A stretch of 25,092 nt of DNA from a virus (taxonomy: Duplodnaviria; Caudoviricetes), in IMG/VR virus record IMGVR_UViG_3300037420_000675, positions 1-25,092 of that record, one strand, 5' to 3'. Every line of letters starts with the position of its first letter. Position 1 is the stretch's first letter. The translations under genes were made by a program, and so were the position numbers. Shown piece after piece: positions 8,093 through 15,044 of the stretch. The notes beneath the pieces are model-generated. The model searched no databases. It had not been told where the DNA came from and was given only the letters and a program-made list of their open reading frames with translations.

Positions 8093-8163
8093 CGGTTAGG
8101 GTTCACCCCGATAGACTGGCTAGGATGCCCCTCTGTCAGTCTTAAAGGGTGAACCCCTTGGAA

Positions 8164-8208
8164 CCCCTGATGAACCCCTAGAAATAGGGGCTTGTCAGGG
8201 GCTTTCTT
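8164..8208 (+). terminator. Probable terminator hairpin
   Basis: CCCCTGA..CCCCTA-GAAA-TAGGGG..TCAGGGG followed by CTTTCTT. Confidence 0.55.
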
Positions 8209-8219
8209 GCGTCTGGAAT

Positions 8220-8260
8220 GTTCACGTTTTGTTCTTATTGGGTCTGTTCTCGTTATGTTC
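8220..8260. promoter_or_regulatory. Two LexA boxes GTTC-N7-GTTC
   Basis: GTTCACGTTTTGTTC 8220-8234 and GTTCTCGTTATGTTC 8246-8260. Confidence 0.75.
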
Positions 8261-8263
8261 TAT

Positions 8264-8280
8264 TTGGCAAGTCTTGCCAA
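8264..8280. repeat. 17-bp palindrome copy 6
   Basis: TTGGCAAGTCTTGCCAA, at the end of the right arm of the ~60-bp inverted repeat. Confidence 0.92.
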
Positions 8281-8394
8281 TATCTGACTACTACGACTGA
8301 CTAGGCGAGGGGTGGAATTCTCCCTCCTTTCCCCCTGTGGCGCGTTCCGCCCCTCACCTAGTCAGTTTTAGCGCCTAAAGGGAAAGGAACTTCC

Positions 8395-8814
8395 ATGAAA
8401 GAGCGGTCTAAACGTCCGTTGTTGCGGCCTAGATACGCCAGCAATTCACGGATATTCGAACGACGCGGCGACCCTTGGGTAACAAGCCGCGAAGGAATGC
8501 GTGACTACAACCGTAACCCTGAGACTGAAGACGCCGAGCGAGACTTCGACCATAGGTTCCACCATACCGGCGAAGTATTCGGAAAGCCCGGCATCGCGAA
8601 ACCTAAAGAAGAATATCGCGACCCGCGTCCTACTATTGAAGACGACGCCTCTAGACGAAAGGCAAGCATCGTCCGTCGGATGAATATGCGAATGACGGAG
8701 CGGGCTAAAACCCGTATAGAAGTCACCGCCACGACTAGACAGTTTCGGACTTGTCCGGGTTGTCGCTCATCGAAATGTATCGCCGATAGTAGGTGCTATG
8801 GCTATCTGAAGTGA
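8395..8814 (+). CDS. Hypothetical basic protein with C-terminal Cys cluster
   Basis: 139 aa, RBS GAAAGGA, CPGC...C....C. Confidence 0.7.
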   Translation: MKERSKRPLLRPRYASNSRIFERRGDPWVTSREGMRDYNRNPETEDAERDFDHRFHHTGEVFGKPGIAKPKEEYRDPRPTIEDDASRRKASIVRRMNMRMTERAKTRIEVTATTRQFRTCPGCRSSKCIADSRCYGYLK

Positions 8815-8816
8815 TT

Positions 8817-8833
8817 TTGGCAAGACTTGCCAA
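8817..8833. repeat. 17-bp palindrome copy 7
   Basis: TTGGCAAGACTTGCCAA, between the stop at 8814 and ATG 8844. Confidence 0.92.
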
Positions 8834-8843
8834 GGGGGACTTT

Positions 8844-9008
8844 ATGTTAAAAGAATTCCTGACTGCCCTAGCACTTGAATGTATCTTTATGAAACATGGA
8901 CGCGAAATCGTCATGGAGTTTGTTACCGTGTCCTATCTCAAAGAGATGCATGAGATGGGGCTAGCCGTTATCCACGATTCGATGCCGTCTAGTGAAAGTC
9001 TGCACTGA
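8844..9008 (+). CDS. Small hypothetical protein
   Basis: 54 aa from ATG 8844 (RBS GGGGGA), TGATG overlap with the next gene. Confidence 0.6.
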   Translation: MLKEFLTALALECIFMKHGREIVMEFVTVSYLKEMHEMGLAVIHDSMPSSESLH

Positions 9009-9523
9009 TGGAACTCTTTGTCCTGCAAAATCTATTGGATAAAATCCAAGGATGCACTTTCGCGTCTATAGACGCCGAGACTGAACCATCTAAGGGTATC
9101 CATAAGGTAACGACAGGCATTAGAGTTATCCTATTCACTAATAAGAAGTCGTCCGGCTATGAAAATATGGTGAAACGCCGACTAATCGAAGCCGGGAAGA
9201 ACCCCGATAACTTCGTCTTAGGCGATTTACCGTGGGGGCAACGGCTTGAGAATTCTCCGTTAATCGAGAATAAAGGGAAGTTCTATCTTCAGTGTATCCT
9301 CTTAACGGAAGGGACTTCAAAGTATTACATCGGGGACCGCGAAATATCCGGAAACGGGTTAGGCTTGCGCGGCAGGTTCCCTAACCAAGGATTGCCGCCG
9401 GGCGATGAAGTCTTAGTCGCCTGTTACAACATCGACAGTATCAAAAGAATTGCTGTCATGGGAAAAGAAGTCTTTGTTTCGGAGGATAGCGGGATAACGC
9501 AGCCGCCGGGGACGGCGAAGTAA
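9008..9523 (+). CDS. Hypothetical phage protein
   Basis: 171 aa with VILFTN..SSGYENMVKRRL...LPWG. Function not recognised. Confidence 0.8.
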   Translation: MELFVLQNLLDKIQGCTFASIDAETEPSKGIHKVTTGIRVILFTNKKSSGYENMVKRRLIEAGKNPDNFVLGDLPWGQRLENSPLIENKGKFYLQCILLTEGTSKYYIGDREISGNGLGLRGRFPNQGLPPGDEVLVACYNIDSIKRIAVMGKEVFVSEDSGITQPPGTAK

Positions 9524-9524
9524 T

Positions 9525-9541
9525 TTGGCAAGTCTTGCCAA
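9525..9541. repeat. 17-bp palindrome copy 8
   Basis: TTGGCAAGTCTTGCCAA, 1 nt after the stop at 9523. Confidence 0.92.
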
Positions 9542-9580
9542 CAACAGACCCAATGGTGGGTAGCAGCAAAGGAGCCTGCA

Positions 9581-9772
9581 ATGGAAAAGACGATTTGGTA
9601 TGGGATGAAGGGAAACGACGTCCGCTTTGCCGATAATCAGCAGGCGCTCGTATCCAATGGCGTCAACAACCCGAAGTCGTTTACAGTCAACGGCGAAGTC
9701 ACGGGACTTAATCTCATCGGCAATGCCAACGAGCAGCCCGGTGCTCAGTCGTCGTCTTCGCCGACGGCGTAA
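9581..9772 (+). CDS. Hypothetical protein
   Basis: 63 aa, RBS AAGGAG. Confidence 0.7.
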   Translation: MEKTIWYGMKGNDVRFADNQQALVSNGVNNPKSFTVNGEVTGLNLIGNANEQPGAQSSSSPTA

Positions 9773-9909
9773 ACGGCGGCGGGGTAAACGCTAGCCTGAA
9801 GGACCTTTGCAGGGTGGGTGGTTAAACCCTGCTACTGAATTTCAATGGGTGCAGGAAACGAAGGGCCGCAACTCGCCCTGCACCCTTTCAAATTCAGGGG
9901 AGGGGAACG

Positions 9910-10161
9910 ATGACGGCTTTGTTTGTAGCTAAGGAAATAGGCGTTGAATATCCTGCGATTGGGTTCCGCAAGGGAACCGTAGAATATCGCAGCCGCCTCA
10001 CAGGCAAAAGATACGTCGTCGAACCTGATACATCGGGCTATCTCGTTTCGTCTGACAATCTCTTGATTTATACAGACAGTCAGGACAGACGTGAAGCCAT
10101 GCGGCTAATCGAACTTGCCGATGACGCCGGGGGTATGCGCGAATTAGTTCCTACGGGATAA
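9910..10161 (+). CDS. Hypothetical protein
   Basis: 83 aa, RBS GGAGG. Confidence 0.7.
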   Translation: MTALFVAKEIGVEYPAIGFRKGTVEYRSRLTGKRYVVEPDTSGYLVSSDNLLIYTDSQDRREAMRLIELADDAGGMRELVPTG

Positions 10162-10267
10162 AGCTGCCTCTGCTCGGGCAGGCCGGGTCGCGCCCGGATA
10201 GGTTAGTGGTTTACCGAACAAGGACCACCAAGCGGGTGCAAAGCGCCGCACATCCTTTACATTCGTG

Positions 10268-10284
10268 TTGGCAAGTCTTGCCAA
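10268..10284. repeat. 17-bp palindrome copy 9
   Basis: TTGGCAAGTCTTGCCAA, 12 nt before ATG 10297. Confidence 0.92.
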
Positions 10285-10296
10285 TCGGGGGCCACA

Positions 10297-10632
10297 ATGA
10301 GGGTCAAGTGTCTTGAGGCAGTCGGCGAACTAACGTCGCTGCCGGGCTGTTCTCAAGTCGTCGTCTCTCACGCCGTCTTCATCCCCAAAGAAGCTCGCGG
10401 CAGGCGGAACGCCGTCCCATCTAATTGGGAGCGTCAACGTCTATGCTTCGAAGAGCTTGGGTATGACCTCATGATATGCACAGTCGATGCCGCCAATGAG
10501 GCGCAACTGCGCGTCCTAGCTAAGTCAGGCTGGCAAAAAATGACCAGCTTCGTTTCCACCAAAACCGAACACACAGTCGAACTGTGGTGTTGCCATAGAA
10601 AGGGCGGGGAATGTTTACAATCGAACGGGTAA
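10297..10632 (+). CDS. GNAT-fold acetyltransferase-like protein
   Basis: VFIPKEARGR (motif A-like) and CTVDAANEAQLRVLAKSGW (motif B-like TV...N....L.K.GW). Confidence 0.55.
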   Translation: MRVKCLEAVGELTSLPGCSQVVVSHAVFIPKEARGRRNAVPSNWERQRLCFEELGYDLMICTVDAANEAQLRVLAKSGWQKMTSFVSTKTEHTVELWCCHRKGGECLQSNG

Positions 10633-10904
10633 ACGTGCTACTATGCACGTATGGTTATCAGCCGATGTCAACCAAGGGTTTCTTTGGCAATGGGCACGAA
10701 GTCTTAAACAAGCTCGATAGCGCGGCAGGCATCGATACGTCCGGAGGCATCAAGCCCGCGCCATTAGGGCGCACTGGCATGGTCGGACATTATCCTATTG
10801 GCGCTCGCTTGGCGCTTCACGAAGGGTTATTGGCGCGGAACCCCGGCATCGATAAATTCCATTATAATCCAAGGACTTATTTCCACTGGCTAGGACGAGG
10901 CTGA
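10611..10904 (+). CDS. Hypothetical protein
   Basis: 97 aa, overlaps the upstream gene and ends at a palindrome. Confidence 0.65.
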   Translation: MFTIERVNVLLCTYGYQPMSTKGFFGNGHEVLNKLDSAAGIDTSGGIKPAPLGRTGMVGHYPIGARLALHEGLLARNPGIDKFHYNPRTYFHWLGRG

Positions 10905-10906
10905 TT

Positions 10907-10923
10907 TTGGCAAGTCTTGCCAA
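10907..10923. repeat. 17-bp palindrome copy 10
   Basis: TTGGCAAGTCTTGCCAA, 2 nt after the stop at 10904. Confidence 0.92.
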
Positions 10924-10977
10924 TAAGGCAATAGTAATTCCGACGAGAGTTAATGCGAGCGGGAAAGACAGGGCAAA

Positions 10978-11418
10978 ATGAAAAAGGGTGACTTGATTTT
11001 CGTATATGGAACACTCCGGCGCGGTGAACGGGCCGACTTGGCCAAGCAGGCGCGGAACTTTGGTGTCGACTACATCGGCGTGGATAGGATTAATGGACGC
11101 CTTTATCATCTCGGTTCTTTCCCCGGATTAAAGCGTGACCAGACAGAAGAATTCACAAAGGGAGCCCCGGCTGTTACCGGCGAGGTATTCCGTATTCGCG
11201 ATAACTCAGTCGCAGCCTTGATGGATGCATATGAAAGCTATCGTCCCGACGACCCCGAGCACGGGCTTTATAATCGGTGTCAAGTCCAGACCGAAGAAGG
11301 AAGAACGGCGTGGGTCTATACCTACAACCATCCCGTGATTGAGGAGCAACGAATTCCGGGCGGGGATTGGTGCCGTAACAGGGATGCGTCAGTGATGACA
11401 CGAAGGCTTCGTGCCTAG
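10978..11418 (+). CDS. Gamma-glutamylcyclotransferase (AIG2/GGACT-like)
   Basis: IFVYGTLRRG, G.LYHLG.FPG, V.GEVF, MDAYE, Y.R, AWVY and IPGGDW motifs. Confidence 0.92.
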   Translation: MKKGDLIFVYGTLRRGERADLAKQARNFGVDYIGVDRINGRLYHLGSFPGLKRDQTEEFTKGAPAVTGEVFRIRDNSVAALMDAYESYRPDDPEHGLYNRCQVQTEEGRTAWVYTYNHPVIEEQRIPGGDWCRNRDASVMTRRLRA

Positions 11419-11614
11419 CGTAGTTCAGGCCGGGAAGTATGGCAGGGCTTACGGCATCATCACTCCTGCTACTATCGGTGAAGTCTTTGACCGTCGGATG
11501 CTAGTGGCGGATTTACTTTCGCGCTCTACCGATAAAAGCGAAGCCTTTGCTGCTAGACAAGTCTTGCTAACTCTCGATGCAGTCCGTTCTCAGCTAGAGG
11601 AACTAATATCATGA
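11411..11614 (+). CDS. Hypothetical protein
   Basis: 67 aa, GTG start, overlaps both neighbours. Confidence 0.55.
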   Translation: MPSVVQAGKYGRAYGIITPATIGEVFDRRMLVADLLSRSTDKSEAFAARQVLLTLDAVRSQLEELIS

Positions 11615-11775
11615 CGTATCTATATTCCGTTACTACTTCAGCAGGCGAGCGAATGGTGGTTGAAGGCACTCACTTGGCTTTCAGTCCTGGAGATTGTGTG
11701 TCTGTCTGGCGTAGTCACGGACGGGTCGCTGTGTTCTATCGGCCTGCTTCGGTCATAAAAACCCCTGCGAAATAG
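11611..11775 (+). CDS. Small hypothetical protein (54 aa, not in ORF track)
   Basis: RBS GAGGA, ATGA overlap, MTYLYSVTTSAGERMVVEG...KTPAK. Confidence 0.55.
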   Translation: MTYLYSVTTSAGERMVVEGTHLAFSPGDCVSVWRSHGRVAVFYRPASVIKTPAK

Positions 11776-11792
11776 CCAACTGCGAGAAAAAT

Positions 11793-12191
11793 ATGTATAT
11801 CAAACTTCATGGCGGCGCTTGCTGCGGTATCAAACATATCCATGACATGGGCTGTAGCCCTGACACCAAGCTTACGGCCAGAGCCGCCTTAATAGACACA
11901 GATACCTCATTCGGTCGCCATGTGGTGAGAGGCGTCAATGACGCACATGCAGACCTCTTTCCCGAGGATTTCTTCTTCGAGAAGGCTCCGGCGGAGACGA
12001 GTGCTGAACGTCTCAACAGAATGCTCAAGTTTCTGAAAAAGAAGCGGCCTCACGGTATCGTCGAGATTGTGCTGACGGATTCTCAGCATCTTTGGTTCCC
12101 TGTCCTGGAGGACCACGGCTTCGTTAAAGTAACGACGGCTGTAAATAGCAACACCACCAACACCTTGAACGTTTTTCATCTGTCTTATTAA
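11793..12191 (+). CDS. Hypothetical protein, CC-motif/degenerate GNAT-like
   Basis: 132 aa. N-terminal GACCGIKHIH and C-terminal IVL...Q....LEDHGF.KV...VNSNT. Confidence 0.7.
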   Translation: MYIKLHGGACCGIKHIHDMGCSPDTKLTARAALIDTDTSFGRHVVRGVNDAHADLFPEDFFFEKAPAETSAERLNRMLKFLKKKRPHGIVEIVLTDSQHLWFPVLEDHGFVKVTTAVNSNTTNTLNVFHLSY

Positions 12192-12208
12192 TTGGCAAGT
12201 CTTGCCAA
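12192..12208. repeat. 17-bp palindrome copy 11
   Basis: TTGGCAAGTCTTGCCAA, abutting the stop at 12191. Confidence 0.92.
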
Positions 12209-12230
12209 ATCTAACAGGGAAGGATTAGTC

Positions 12231-13034
12231 ATGGAATATCTTCGTTTTGGTTCGAGCATCCCCGGCAGCTATTGGGGCTGCTGCGCCTGCTGCATCATCC
12301 AGAATTTCAACGTCGACCCTGACGCAAAGGCAAGCATCCAGCTTGTCGAGGGTGACGCCGGTTCAACACTCGGTAAGTTTGCCGGTAAGACGTATCATGA
12401 AATCTTCCGACAGCGGCTTCGCTATGGGACTTTCTCTACCAAGGACATGCCGAACCACGCCTTTATCGCTATCCTGTCCAATACACAGATTGCTTCGGCA
12501 GATGGTAAGAAATGGCTGGCTATCCTTAAGGCCGAGGGCTTTGAATTTCTGCGGACAGTGAACAATTCCGTATGGAATGCGGACAACTACATCTTTATTC
12601 TCATCCGGAACGTCGGGCCTAACGCCGTCAAAGACCAGTTCAAACCGCCGAAGGCATGGACAGACCTCCCGTCTGTTGTCCCCGAGCCGTGGAAAGACTA
12701 CGGACATGCCGAGGAAGGAACGGACTTCAGCAGCGAGGGCTATACCGCCCGTATCAAAGCGGCACAGCAACCGCTGTATAACGCTTTGCCTCAGGGCGTG
12801 TTCTACACCGAGAAGGAACTCGAAGCCGAAGGCATCCCGATTACCTACGCCGGAAAGCGGTCGCATCAACACGGGACATTTGCGATTGGATACCCGCAGC
12901 AATCGAAAGCCAAGCGGATTGAGTTCGAGGCGGCTCTTGCCACGATGACCGGCAAGGAGAAGAAGGAGACGGTGTCTCTACGCGGAGCGCCGTTGCCCGA
13001 TACATCTATCAGCCCGGTGCCGGCGCAAGGATGA
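12231..13034 (+). CDS. Hypothetical protein, CC-motif/degenerate GNAT-like
   Basis: 267 aa from ATG 12231 (RBS GGAAGGA), with GCCACCIIQNF and AIL...Q...LKAEGFEFL..VNNS. The track start MASLAKS is only the palindrome read in frame. Confidence 0.78.
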   Translation: MEYLRFGSSIPGSYWGCCACCIIQNFNVDPDAKASIQLVEGDAGSTLGKFAGKTYHEIFRQRLRYGTFSTKDMPNHAFIAILSNTQIASADGKKWLAILKAEGFEFLRTVNNSVWNADNYIFILIRNVGPNAVKDQFKPPKAWTDLPSVVPEPWKDYGHAEEGTDFSSEGYTARIKAAQQPLYNALPQGVFYTEKELEAEGIPITYAGKRSHQHGTFAIGYPQQSKAKRIEFEAALATMTGKEKKETVSLRGAPLPDTSISPVPAQG

Positions 13035-13063
13035 ACGTCACCAACTAACTACACTACTTACTG

Positions 13064-13722
13064 AATAGACTGGATGGAGTAGGATTATATTCCTGCGATG
13101 ATGCCAGTCTATTACGGAGTTGCCAGAATACTCTGTCTTCTGGCGTATGTGCTCCGTAGGGTGTCCTATTCGTCTAGGTCTTAATGCGACGACGTAACTC
13201 GCCCCCAATCCTTTCTGATATCCGTGAGTTGGCAAAGGCGGTCTGACCTCGACCAGAGGAAACGAACCTAGCTCGTTTCCTAGCCCACGGATTAGCGGCG
13301 TTTGTAGGTATCGCTGGAATAACCTTCACCTATTCGAAATAGACTACACCACAGGCCTGAAGCAGCCTCTAAGAGAAGAGGGTGCAAATCCCTCTCGCTT
13401 CTGAGCCACCCTCATGTGGTATCCAATTGTAACGTCTGTCCCTGCATTCGGTGCCAGTCAGGCTTAATGGCACGGGTTACGCCGTGTTTCCGATATAAGA
13501 CATACGGCTTGCACCATCACGCGCCCATTGACCCCGCAAGGCGGCCTGACAACAGGTCACGGTTCTCCGTAATGGGAAGTGCTCTGGCAGAAGTGCATTC
13601 TGTGTTGTAGTCTTCAGTCGGTGAAGAACCGGCACCCGCCGCCTAGCAAGCGGCCCAAGGAACAGGGGGGTTGGGTGTAGCAGGCTCCAACCCCGGCCCC
13701 GGTCCCCCTGTTTTCTTTCCTT
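13064..13722 (+). ncRNA. Candidate large structured non-coding RNA (unassigned)
   Basis: About 660 nt with no convincing gene, containing more than 10 nested helices, a long-range 13/14 helix, a T-loop-like hairpin, a possible pseudoknot and a terminal GC stem with a T tract. Strand inferred from operon direction and the 3' T tract. Confidence 0.6.
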
Positions 13723-13725
13723 TAG

Positions 13726-13742
13726 TTGGCAAGACTTGCCAA
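13726..13742. repeat. 17-bp palindrome copy 12
   Basis: TTGGCAAGACTTGCCAA, before RBS GGAGG and ATG 13754. Confidence 0.92.
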
Positions 13743-13753
13743 ATCGGAGGCCT

Positions 13754-13918
13754 ATGCCAAAATACTATACCATACCGCAGGCTTTTGAGGCGGCGTTGAT
13801 GTATCACTATTGCGGTGAGCATCGGCAAGCCAATAAGCTCTTAGACCTAATCATCAACAACGTAGTAAAGGAGCCCAAGCGTGGGGAAGTCAGGCAACAA
13901 GGCCCGTCGGGAGGCTAA
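13754..13918 (+). CDS. Small hypothetical protein
   Basis: 54 aa from ATG 13754, RBS GGAGG. Confidence 0.55.
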   Translation: MPKYYTIPQAFEAALMYHYCGEHRQANKLLDLIINNVVKEPKRGEVRQQGPSGG

Positions 13919-15044
13919 GCGGCGGCGTGAAGCCGAACGTCATGCCACACTTGACGAGAATATCCAGATGGTTCTCCGTGAGGACGATCAGCAGTCGAGC
14001 CTCCTAGTCGATACGACTTCGCCGGAGTATAAGACTGCCTTCGAGAAGATTTATGGCAAACCTGGACCGCCAAACGATAACGTCGTCTTTCTAGGTTTTC
14101 CACCTTCCCCGCCCAAGAAGAAAGTCGTCGACTGCTTGGGTCGTGTCGTTGAAATCGATGATAAAATCCCTGAAGTCTTGAGGGCGACTATGCCACAGAA
14201 AACACCTAAACATGACCCTGTCGATACTCAGTCCGAACAGAGCCGTCGTCGTGTCATGATTTGTCGGGACCACGCGCTTGACTATCCTGAACTATGGATG
14301 GAAGTCTTCGTCGAACCCGACCCTGACGTTCGCGACGACGAGGCTCGCTTCGCTCAGATGTTCGCTAGGTCTCGGTGCTCTCGGGCGAAGTCGGTCCTCG
14401 AAAGCGACCTAGTTATTTTCGGCGGTGGTTCCGACGTCGACCCGGCTCTATATGGCGAAGAACGTCATGAGACGACACTGTTCGACAGTAGTCGCGACGA
14501 CCGCGATATCATGCTCTATAACATGTGTGTAGAACACGGCATCCCTATGATGGGGATTTGTCGCGGGGCTCAGTTCCTTCACGTCATGAATGGCGGCAAG
14601 CTATATCAAGACGTCAATAATCATATCGGCAACCACAAGATTTGGGACCTTAAGCGGAAAGAATGGATTGACAAGGTGTCGTCGGTCCATCATCAGATGT
14701 GCGTTCCGAACAAAGAAGGCGGGATGGAAATCCTCGCGACAAATGGTCAGGCGACACAGCGCTGGCTTAATCCGAAACATTCCGTAGTGGGGACGCGAGC
14801 AGACGTCGAGGCGTTCTTTTATCGTGACACCTGCTGCATCGGGGTCCAAGGGCATCCTGAATACTCGGGGTATAACTACTTCACGAAGTGGTGCCTTGAA
14901 CTCGTCAATGAACTCGTTCTGTGTTCGCCTGATATTGAATGGAGGGACGGACAACGACGTGTCAAACTAGAACTTCTTGAGGAACGCAAGCATATCGCTC
15001 CTCAGAAACAACCGAAGGCTCGGGCCAAGAAGGGAAATAAATAA
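13881..15044 (+). CDS. Class I glutamine amidotransferase / peptidase C26 (PuuD-like gamma-glutamyl hydrolase) with N-terminal extension
   Basis: GGGSDVDPALYGE, nucleophile elbow GICRGAQ, SVHHQ and GVQGHPE (Cys-His-Glu triad). RBS AAGGAG before GTG. Confidence 0.9.
   Translation: MGKSGNKARREAKRRREAERHATLDENIQMVLREDDQQSSLLVDTTSPEYKTAFEKIYGKPGPPNDNVVFLGFPPSPPKKKVVDCLGRVVEIDDKIPEVLRATMPQKTPKHDPVDTQSEQSRRRVMICRDHALDYPELWMEVFVEPDPDVRDDEARFAQMFARSRCSRAKSVLESDLVIFGGGSDVDPALYGEERHETTLFDSSRDDRDIMLYNMCVEHGIPMMGICRGAQFLHVMNGGKLYQDVNNHIGNHKIWDLKRKEWIDKVSSVHHQMCVPNKEGGMEILATNGQATQRWLNPKHSVVGTRADVEAFFYRDTCCIGVQGHPEYSGYNYFTKWCLELVNELVLCSPDIEWRDGQRRVKLELLEERKHIAPQKQPKARAKKGNK

Noticed and set aside
8164-8201. 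Hammerhead ribozyme (CTGATGA followed by a stem)
   Set aside because: The required GAAA after stem II is missing. GAAA is only the hairpin loop, and CTGA pairs with the downstream TCAG.
13359-13410. tRNA or cobalamin riboswitch suggested by GGGTGCAAATCCC
   Set aside because: There is no cloverleaf, anticodon arm or acceptor stem, and the flanking AGGGAA and adjacent GCCCCCGCAACTGT elements of the B12 riboswitch are absent. I kept it only as a T-loop-like part of the large RNA.
13255-13635. RNase P RNA or tmRNA
   Set aside because: GAGGAAA is not followed by GTCC, there is no P4 partner, and there is no tmRNA-type acceptor/T-arm 3' end.
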